Shown here: in pieces, positions 57,532 to 64,000 of the stretch
Layout of the letters: every line of letters starts with the position of its first letter
Numbering within the stretch: the stretch's first letter is position 1
Assembly (NCBI GenBank): GCA_036511495.1
Contig: DATCCC010000027.1
Coordinates: 58,174-122,173, forward strand
Length of the DNA stretch: 64,000 nucleotides
Reading direction: 5' to 3'
DNA from: Acidimicrobiales bacterium
GTDB taxonomy: Bacteria; Actinomycetota; Acidimicrobiia; Acidimicrobiales; RAAP-2
Program-made: the position numbers and the translations under genes
The notes under the pieces: model-generated
The model's input: the letters and a program-made list of their open reading frames with translations, nothing else
What the model was told of the DNA's origin: nothing
The model's database searches: none

Positions 57532-58866
57532 TTATGCGTCAAGTTCCTCGGCCTGATCCGATTTCAGGAGCGCTCGATCGATTTCGACGCCCTCGGGATC
57601 GATATAGGTCACGTTGTCGGTCAGCCAGCGTGAGGCTTTCATTTTGGCGACTTCCGAACGAAACGTGATAACCCGTCCCGAGTCGCGGAGGTTCGTGCGC
57701 AGCAAGTCAGCGGTCACTTGCATCGCGTTGGCGGTGGTCTCAAGTTCCTCGTCGATCTCTTCGTCCGTCGGCTCTAGTCCTTCGGCCTTGACGAGTGCGC
57801 GTAGCGCCAAATCAACGCGAACCGCTCGCGTGGCGTCGACGCGCAGCGTCTCGAGGAGTTGATCGGAACTTTGATTCGTTACTTGAAGAAACGTCTCGAG
57901 ATTGAGCTTCTGTTGTTCGAGGCGATGCCCGAGGTCGTGAAGTCGTTCGTTCGTTTCGTCCTTCACGAGCGATTCGGGCACGACCTCTTCACTCACTAAA
58001 TCACTCAGTGCGACCAGTACCGCGTCGCGCTGGCTCATCTGGGCCTCCGAGATGCGCATGCGGCGCATCTGGTCAAGGATGGCGTCGCGCATCTCTTCTT
58101 CGCTCTGCCACTCGGTGTTCTCCTGGACCCACTCGTCACTCAACTCGGGCAGTTCTCGCTCTTGGACTTTTTTGAGGGTCAACTCATAGGTCGCCACGAC
58201 GCCCTGACCGACACTGCCGTTGAGTTTTAACTCTTCGCCGGCCTTCATACCAAGAATCAATTCGTCAACGCCGTCGGTGATGGTGCCCGATCCAACGGTG
58301 TACATGAAGTCACTCATATCGAGGGGTTCGGCGTCGGTGGCGATCTGTCGAACGTGCGCGTCCATGGTCACCAGGTCACCGGTCACGATCGGTCGGTCGA
58401 CTTCAATAAGAGTGGCGTCGGTCTCACGAAAACGATCGATCTGTTCATTCACTTCGTCGTCGGTTACGACGGGCGAGGGAATAGTGACGCGGAGATCGCC
58501 CTGGCCGAAAATCACAATCTCGGGACGCACTTCGACGTCGGCTTCGAAGACCAACGTGCCCTCTTCTTCCCCGGCCGTGATATTGATATCCGGTTGGGCG
58601 ATGGGGTCAATAAGCGTTTCGGCGACCGCGTGCGCGTAGAAGTCAGGAATCGAGTCGCGAATGGCTTCGTTACGCAGTGCTCCGGGTCCGCCAAGATGAG
58701 CCATGAGGACGTTCTTGGGGACCTTGCCCTTGCGAAACCCCTTGATACTGACCTGTTTGGAGAGTTTCGTCGCCGCCGCGTCGATGGCCTTTTCCATCTC
58801 GGGCTCATCGATCTCGACGGTCAGCTTGACTCGGTTGTTTTCTGGGGTGGTGGTGGTAGCGCGCAT
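57532..58866 (-). CDS. tig: Trigger factor
   Basis: GFRKGKVP ribosome-binding signature; tig-clpP-clpX synteny. Confidence 0.94.
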   Translation of the reverse strand: MRATTTTPENNRVKLTVEIDEPEMEKAIDAAATKLSKQVSIKGFRKGKVPKNVLMAHLGGPGALRNEAIRDSIPDFYAHAVAETLIDPIAQPDINITAGEEEGTLVFEADVEVRPEIVIFGQGDLRVTIPSPVVTDDEVNEQIDRFRETDATLIEVDRPIVTGDLVTMDAHVRQIATDAEPLDMSDFMYTVGSGTITDGVDELILGMKAGEELKLNGSVGQGVVATYELTLKKVQERELPELSDEWVQENTEWQSEEEMRDAILDQMRRMRISEAQMSQRDAVLVALSDLVSEEVVPESLVKDETNERLHDLGHRLEQQKLNLETFLQVTNQSSDQLLETLRVDATRAVRVDLALRALVKAEGLEPTDEEIDEELETTANAMQVTADLLRTNLRDSGRVITFRSEVAKMKASRWLTDNVTYIDPEGVEIDRALLKSDQAEELDA

Positions 58867-58900
58867 AAGAGATGCCAGCCTACCGGTTCCTCAAAATCCC

Positions 58901-59713
58901 CTAAATCATGATGGTCAGGGCCTCGGCGAGGGCGCTCGCTAGTGCCTTGTCGCCGCGCACGTTCGTCGCCGAAGCATTGAGAAAGGCGTCGGCACTGATT
59001 CGTCCGGCGGCGCGGCGCCAAAATAGGGCTACGGGTGTCGTGAGCTCGAGGTTGGGCGACGTGGTCGAACTCCCGAGGGCCATCGCTCGTCCGCCTTCGA
59101 CGCTCAAGAGAATCGAGCGGCCGAGTCGACCACTCAGATTGATCTGAACCAGCGTGCCGTCGGGCGCGGCGACCTTTTTGCCCAGCACGTAGGGCAGCGC
59201 CGCTTCGAATCGATTGACGACAATCTCTTCACCGGGTCCGTGGTCGTCACTCGGCTCAAGTAGCGCGTCACGAATGTCTTGGAGATGGATCCAACTATCG
59301 AGCACGCGCGTCTCTTGAAAGCGGTGGTAGGGGCGCTCGCCTTCGGGACTCCAGCCAACCTTCTCCCAGTCCTCGTCGCTCAACGCGCGAAGTCGCTCCA
59401 GCGAACTTTTTGTCGTGTCGAGAAAGAGCTCAAGAACGTCGATACCGGCTTTCTCACGAAAAGCTACGACGTAGGCCTCATTTATTTCACCTATCGGGTT
59501 CCTCACGTACTCGGGCCACGATCCCTCGTGTTCGGGCACCGGATCTCCGCGCAGCATTAATTCGAATCCAACGAGATGACTCAATACGTCGCGAACCGTC
59601 CAACCAGGACAGGGCGTGAGCGCCTCGTAGGCCTCAGGTGGTCGAGGTCGAAGAGTCCGATCTATAGACGTCCACGTTTGATCCAGCGCGTCAATAATCC
59701 ACTCGTACGCCAT
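58901..59713 (-). CDS. Maleylpyruvate isomerase/DinB-like (MDMPI, TIGR03083-type) protein
   Basis: TPCPGWTVRDVLSHL and RVLDSWIHLQDIR metal-site motifs. Confidence 0.82.
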   Translation of the reverse strand: MAYEWIIDALDQTWTSIDRTLRPRPPEAYEALTPCPGWTVRDVLSHLVGFELMLRGDPVPEHEGSWPEYVRNPIGEINEAYVVAFREKAGIDVLELFLDTTKSSLERLRALSDEDWEKVGWSPEGERPYHRFQETRVLDSWIHLQDIRDALLEPSDDHGPGEEIVVNRFEAALPYVLGKKVAAPDGTLVQINLSGRLGRSILLSVEGGRAMALGSSTTSPNLELTTPVALFWRRAAGRISADAFLNASATNVRGDKALASALAEALTIMI

Positions 59714-59792
59714 CTCGTTCCTTCGCTCGCAGAGAGCCTACGCAAACTGACTTCTACCCTCCCAATAGTTTGACTGTGTAACGTAGAGACCT

Positions 59793-59870
59793 CGGGAAGT
59801 AGCGCAGCTTGGTTAGCGCGCCTGGTTTGGGACCAGGAGGCCGCGGGTTCGAATCCCGCCTTCCCGACCA
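59793..59870 (+). tRNA. tRNA-Pro (anticodon TGG)
   Basis: CGGGAAG/CTTCCCG acceptor stem; CCTGG-TT-TGG-GA-CCAGG anticodon arm; GGTTCGAATCC; encoded CCA. Confidence 0.97.
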
Positions 59871-60015
59871 ATTGGGCTCATCGGATTTCAGCGGGGTCAC
59901 GCCACTGAAGGTGGCTGCTTGAGCGGCTCTTCGGATTTGCGCGGGTTCAGGCCCGGTGTCTATCGATCCTCGCAAACGGTATTCCCACGTTGCGCATCTA
60001 CGCAACAATGGTTGT

Positions 60016-60831
60016 GTGATCCGATTGGTGGCAACAGATCTTGATGGGACCTTCTGGGATGGAAGTTTCGTCCCCCCCTTGTCGCATGTGGCGGCTGTCG
60101 GTGAATTGATGAAGCGGGATGTGACCGTGCTCGCAGCCACCTCTCGACGGCCCCGCCCTGTCAGACAGAGGTTGTGTGACGCAGGGCTCTTGATTCCCGC
60201 AGTACTCATCGACGGCTCACTTGGCGTGGATTTTCGAACCGAAGAGCGATTTCATCAGGTAAGTTTCGATGCGGATGCAGCCCTGGGGACGCTGCTGACA
60301 TTCCGGGCACACGGACTGGATCCATGCATCTATGTTGAGCATCCCGATTTCGACATTGTGGTATCCGAATCGCCCTCCACCTGTGCTGAGCACCTGGCGC
60401 GTCTCGGACCAGATGCTTCAACGGAAGATCTTGAAGTCACGACCGCGACGACCGCTATCTACGCCTTCTCAGTTCTTGGTTTGAGTCGTGAGCGCCTCAG
60501 TCCGGTCCTCGATGACTTAGTTCAAACTAACGATGCCAGCGCGATCCTCTATCGGGAGCCGGTCTACGGTCAATTTGGCCTGATCGTGAATCCCCCGGGA
60601 ATCTCGAAGTGGACCGGAGTTGAGGCGTATTGCCGGCTCCACAACATCGAACCGCAAGAAGTCATGGCGGTTGGTGACGGATTGAATGACATTCCCATGT
60701 TGAAGGAAGCTGGTGTCGCGGTCGCGGTTCGGGGCGGTGCTCCAGAGGCAATTGCGGTTTCGCGGCACCTAATTGAGCCACCGACGTTGAGTGGCTGGAC
60801 CCAGATCTTCGACCTGCTCGTTCAATACTGA
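60016..60831 (+). CDS. Cof-type HAD-IIB hydrolase
   Basis: (M)IRLVATDLDGT; ISKWTG; VGDGLNDIPML. Start set at GTG 60016. Confidence 0.88.
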   Translation: MIRLVATDLDGTFWDGSFVPPLSHVAAVGELMKRDVTVLAATSRRPRPVRQRLCDAGLLIPAVLIDGSLGVDFRTEERFHQVSFDADAALGTLLTFRAHGLDPCIYVEHPDFDIVVSESPSTCAEHLARLGPDASTEDLEVTTATTAIYAFSVLGLSRERLSPVLDDLVQTNDASAILYREPVYGQFGLIVNPPGISKWTGVEAYCRLHNIEPQEVMAVGDGLNDIPMLKEAGVAVAVRGGAPEAIAVSRHLIEPPTLSGWTQIFDLLVQY

Positions 60832-60970
60832 CGTTCACTAGCCGCAGACCGGCAAAACGAACTGATGAGTGCTCGGCTCGATCATGGTGCGATGACGCTC
60901 ACCCCGTCAGAATCCGATGAGTCACCCATTGACCTGTACCCGTGGGCGTTCCACGTTTAATAGGCCGCAG

Positions 60971-61432
60971 TTACGGACCTGGATCGAAGAGCGCGAATTC
61001 CTCTTCACTGGGCCGATCGAAGTACGCGATCCACGACTCAAAGTCGCTCAGATCGATGCGGAACGAACCCTCGGTCGGACTCTCATTTCGGGCGCGGAGT
61101 CGGTCCCTGAGTTCATCGACGCTGACGTCGAGGCAGACGAGTTCAATTTCTACGCCGGCGGCGCGCGCGGCACTTCGTCGTTCGTCTCGTTCTGAGCGAG
61201 GCCAAAACCCGTTTTCCAAAATGACCGTGTCGCCAGCGAGTGCCAACTCAATGGCCATGTTCCACTGCAGCGCCTCAACGCGTAGTCGTGCCGGGTCTTC
61301 CGCCGCGTAGCCAAGGGCATTCAACCATTCATCAGGCGAGAGACGAAGGGCGTGGCGCTCGACGGCCAACTCGCGGGCTCTCGTGGTCTTTCCCGACGCC
61401 GGAAGACCGCACATCAAAATCACTCGGCCCAT
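60971..61432 (-). CDS. P-loop ATP-binding protein (AAA_33/kinase-like)
   Basis: MCGLPASGKTT; RLSPDEW; VILENGFW..ER. Confidence 0.8.
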   Translation of the reverse strand: MGRVILMCGLPASGKTTRARELAVERHALRLSPDEWLNALGYAAEDPARLRVEALQWNMAIELALAGDTVILENGFWPRSERDERRSAARAAGVEIELVCLDVSVDELRDRLRARNESPTEGSFRIDLSDFESWIAYFDRPSEEEFALFDPGP

Positions 61433-61470
61433 CGAAACCAACTCTCGGAGATCGGCGTTATCTTCGGTCG

Positions 61471-61544
61471 TGCCCTTGGCAGGAGTCGAACCCGCAACCT
61501 GACGGGTAGAAACCGTCTGCTCTATCCAGTTGAGCTACAAGGGC
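61471..61544 (-). tRNA. tRNA-Arg (anticodon TCT)
   Basis: GCCCTTG/CAAGGGC acceptor; GACGG-TT-TCT-AC-CCGTC; GGTTCGACTCC; CCA not encoded. Confidence 0.95.
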
Positions 61545-61619
61545 GCACGTTAAAGCGTACCGAACGGGTCCGCCCGCTCTAGTCACCGTAAGAATCGCTG
61601 TGCAATACTTAGTGGTCTT

Positions 61620-61697
61620 GGTGGGCGTAGCTCAGTTGGTTAGAGCGCCAGGTTGTGGTCCTGGAGGCCGCGGGTTCGAACCCCGTCGCTCACCCCA
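61620..61697 (+). tRNA. tRNA-His (anticodon GTG)
   Basis: G-1 plus GTGGGCG/CGCTCAC, C discriminator and CCA; CCAGG-TT-GTG-GT-CCTGG. Confidence 0.96.
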
Positions 61698-61793
61698 AGA
61701 AGACGCTGTGGTCTCGCGCTTGGTCACGGCTCCCAAAATCGCGTGTAGATTTCGCTTTGGCGCCCCGACCGACGGGTGCTCCAGGGGGTTCTC

Positions 61794-63218
61794 ATGACCA
61801 TCGTTCGCGACTCGTTTTACATCAACGGTGAGTGGGTTAAGGCCAGCTCAACCGACACGCTCGAAGTCACGACTTCGGGCACCGGCGAGCTCTACGCCAC
61901 CATTCCCTCGGGCACCGTCGAGGAGGCCAATCTCGCCGTCGAAGCCGCCGCCGGCGCTTTCACCGCGTGGTCCAACACCAGCCCCAAAGAGCGCGGTGAA
62001 TTCCTCATGCGCATCTCGGAAAAGTTGGCCGAGCGCAGCGACGAGATCGCGCTCACGATCGCTAACGAAGTGGGAATGCCCCTCATGCTCTCCAAAGGCA
62101 TCCAGGCGGGACTGCCCACGATGACCTTCGCCGACAACGCGCAACGGGCAATGGAGTTCGTGTGGGAAGAAGAAGTCGGTAACTCGACGCTCGTACGCGA
62201 GCCCGTAGGCGTCGTCGCCGCGATTACGCCCTGGAACTACCCACTTCATCAGATCGCCAACAAGGTCGCCGCGTCGTTGGCGGCCGGATGCACCGTTGTT
62301 CTAAAGCCCAGTGAAGTCGCGCCGGTCAACGCCTTCATCTTGGCTGACATCATTCACGAGATCGGACTGCCGAAGGGCGTCTTTAATATGGTGACCGGTC
62401 TCGGTCCGGTCGTTGGTGAAGCCATCGTCGCCCACCCCAAGACCGACATGGTCTCCTTCACCGGTTCGACTCGTGCCGGCAAGCGCGTTATGGAGATCGC
62501 CTCGCAGATGGTCAAGCGCGTCTCGCTCGAACTCGGTGGCAAATCGGCCAACATCATTCTCGAGGACGCCGATCTCGCTAAGGCCGTCAGCGACGGCGTC
62601 TTCAAGTGCTACTTGAACTCGGGCCAGACGTGCTCGGCCCTTACTCGTATGGTCGTGCCTCGTGCGCGACTCGCTGAAGTAGAGGACATCGCCGTCGCGA
62701 CGGCTGCGGGCTTCATGCCGGCCGACCCCATCACCGGCGCGTCACTCCTTGGACCACTCGTCAGTGCCGCGCAACAACAACGCGTACGTGACTACATCAA
62801 CAAGGGCATCGATGAAGGAGCGCGCGTCATCACCGGTGGTGTCACGCCACCCGAAGGACTCGAAAAGGGTTACTACGTCGCCCCGACCGTCTTCTCGAAC
62901 GTCACGAACGACATGACCATTGCTCAGGAGGAGATTTTCGGGCCGGTTCTTTCCATCATTCCCTACGACACCGAAGAAGAGGCCATCGCGATCGCGAACG
63001 ACTCTAACTACGGTCTCGCGGGTGGTGTGTGGGCGGGTAGCGACGAGAAGGCCTTCGAAGTCGCGCGCAAGATTCGCACCGGTCAAGTCGAGATAAATGG
63101 TGGTGCCTTTAACGTCTTCGCTCCCTTTGGTGGCTACAAGCAGTCCGGCGTCGGTCGCGAACTCGGCACGTACGGCTTCGAAGAGTTCCTCGAAGTGAAG
63201 GCGATCCAGCACAACTAG
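61794..63218 (+). CDS. Aldehyde dehydrogenase family protein
   Basis: ITPWNYP; SFTGST; LELGGKS; NSGQTCSA; EEIFGPV; PFGGYKQSG. Confidence 0.93.
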   Translation: MTIVRDSFYINGEWVKASSTDTLEVTTSGTGELYATIPSGTVEEANLAVEAAAGAFTAWSNTSPKERGEFLMRISEKLAERSDEIALTIANEVGMPLMLSKGIQAGLPTMTFADNAQRAMEFVWEEEVGNSTLVREPVGVVAAITPWNYPLHQIANKVAASLAAGCTVVLKPSEVAPVNAFILADIIHEIGLPKGVFNMVTGLGPVVGEAIVAHPKTDMVSFTGSTRAGKRVMEIASQMVKRVSLELGGKSANIILEDADLAKAVSDGVFKCYLNSGQTCSALTRMVVPRARLAEVEDIAVATAAGFMPADPITGASLLGPLVSAAQQQRVRDYINKGIDEGARVITGGVTPPEGLEKGYYVAPTVFSNVTNDMTIAQEEIFGPVLSIIPYDTEEEAIAIANDSNYGLAGGVWAGSDEKAFEVARKIRTGQVEINGGAFNVFAPFGGYKQSGVGRELGTYGFEEFLEVKAIQHN

Positions 63219-63257
63219 TCCTCAAAACGCCGGGGCCGTGCCGTATAGACTCGTCAC

Positions 63258-63330
63258 GCGCCGGTAGCTCAATTGGCAGAGCATTTGACTCTTAATCAAC
63301 AGGTTCCGGGTTCAAGTCCCGGCCGGCGCA
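63258..63330 (+). tRNA. tRNA-Lys (anticodon CTT)
   Basis: GCGCCGG/CCGGCGC acceptor; TTGA-CT-CTT-AA-TCAA; GGTTCAAGTCC; CCA not encoded. Confidence 0.95.
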
Positions 63331-63476
63331 CGAGTAAAAGTCCTGGTAGAGCGCGCTATTTTTTGCTCCCGAGTCTAAGCTTCGCCAATAACATCCCTCA
63401 CAAATCCCTCAATAGAGGGCGCTGGAATGAAGAAAATATTGGGATTCCCTTCAAATGTGCTTACCGCATTTAGGGA

Positions 63477-63509
63477 TTAATTAACAGGTTCCGGGTTCAA
63501 GTCCCAGCC
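63477..63509 (+). repeat. Direct repeat of the tRNA-Lys 3' half (att-like site)
   Basis: ttaattaacaggttccgggttcaagtcccagcc matches tRNA positions 63292-63324 at 31 of 33 nt. Confidence 0.85.
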
Positions 63510-63710
63510 TATGAGAGGTTTTGGAATCAGAAACTCGAGAAGATTGGCCCGATCCTCATCTCCAAACCACGACAAACATGGAAGTCGGCGGCTCGTCGAG
63601 AAGTGCGCAAGCGGCTGCGAGAAAAGGACTCGTCCGAGGTCACTCTCGTTTATCCCCAGTTCGTGATCCCTCGGGGGAGCGAATTCAGCCTCGAATTGGA
63701 GAGCCCGTAA
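63510..63710 (+). pseudogene. Possible 3' fragment of a gene truncated at the att-like repeat
   Basis: Open frame YERFWNQKLEKIGPILISKPRQTWKSAARREVRKRLREKDSSEVTLVYPQFVIPRGSEFSLELESP* with no ATG/GTG/TTG start at its 5' end; family not recognised. Confidence 0.3.
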
Positions 63711-63819
63711 GTCGCCGCCCCGAGATTTTGGACGGGTACCGACTGCGGGAATCCGGGGACGCCTGGTTTGGGCGAGTGAGGTATGCCCCGCCTTGCTGAT
63801 TTTCCTGGTCCGCTGTAAG

Positions 63820-63856
63820 TTATAATCATAGACTTATAAGGTGGTATAATAACTCT
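63820..63856 (+). promoter_or_regulatory. Leaderless promoter with palindromic operator for the HTH gene
   Basis: TTATAA-N8-TTATAA (63820-63839), then TG-g-TATAAT (63842-63850) 6 nt before the ATG. Confidence 0.65.
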
Positions 63857-64000
63857 ATGGTTATATCGAAGAACGGCGATTACAGAGTCTCGGTTCCGGA
63901 AGACCTAGGTACGGCACTGCGGCACTTCCGCACGCAGAACAATGTGAGCCAAATGGAGGCCGCTGAGTGGGAGGGAGTGAGCCAGCCATATCTCTCAAAC
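63857..64000 (+). CDS. XRE-family HTH protein, HipB-like (partial, runs off the window)
   Basis: MVISKNGDYRVSVPEDLGTALRHFRTQNNVSQMEAAEWEGVSQPYLSN fits the LG..LR..R....SQ...A...GVSQ..LS pattern. Confidence 0.75.
   Translation, partial: MVISKNGDYRVSVPEDLGTALRHFRTQNNVSQMEAAEWEGVSQPYLSN

Noticed and set aside
63521-63799. 92-aa TTG-start ORF after the att-like repeat
   Set aside because: No SD or motif; a different frame (63510-63710) looks more protein-like, and neither is confidently coding.

Overview
High-GC actinobacterial chromosome segment. Gene order and protein style suggest an Acidimicrobiia-like lineage (inference). It is almost all core genome, mostly on the minus strand: thrB (partial), a D,D-carboxypeptidase, ftsK, rnj, dapA/dapB, a YfhO-like membrane protein, pnp, rpsO, ribF, truB, rbfA, infB, ylxR, nusA, rimP, proS, ispG, rseP, dxr, cdsA, frr, pyrH, tsf, rpsB, xerC, a response regulator/histidine kinase/GerMN lipoprotein triad, rsfS, nadD, class II DAHP synthase, a MoxR(CoxD-like)/VWA pair, proA/proB, obgE, hup, rpmA/rplU, rne, mreBCD-mrdA, ndk, folC, clpX/clpP/tig, four tRNAs (Pro, Arg, His, Lys) and an aldehyde dehydrogenase. 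The right end enters an accessory region after tRNA-Lys, with a duplicated tRNA 3' segment and a HipB-like HTH gene. The most notable unexplained signals are: (1) an unannotated ~230-nt promoter-fronted, G-U-rich structured RNA candidate between hup and obgE; (2) an acidic N-terminal extension on CdsA with two Ser/Thr-kinase-type Thr motifs; (3) ylxR apparently starting at ATA inside the nusA stop; (4) pervasive leaderless TANNNT-N6/7-start architecture, possibly including a tRNA; (5) several structured 5' leaders (rimP, pnp, rpsO, rpsB, rne). All folds and family calls were made by eye; no searches were run.
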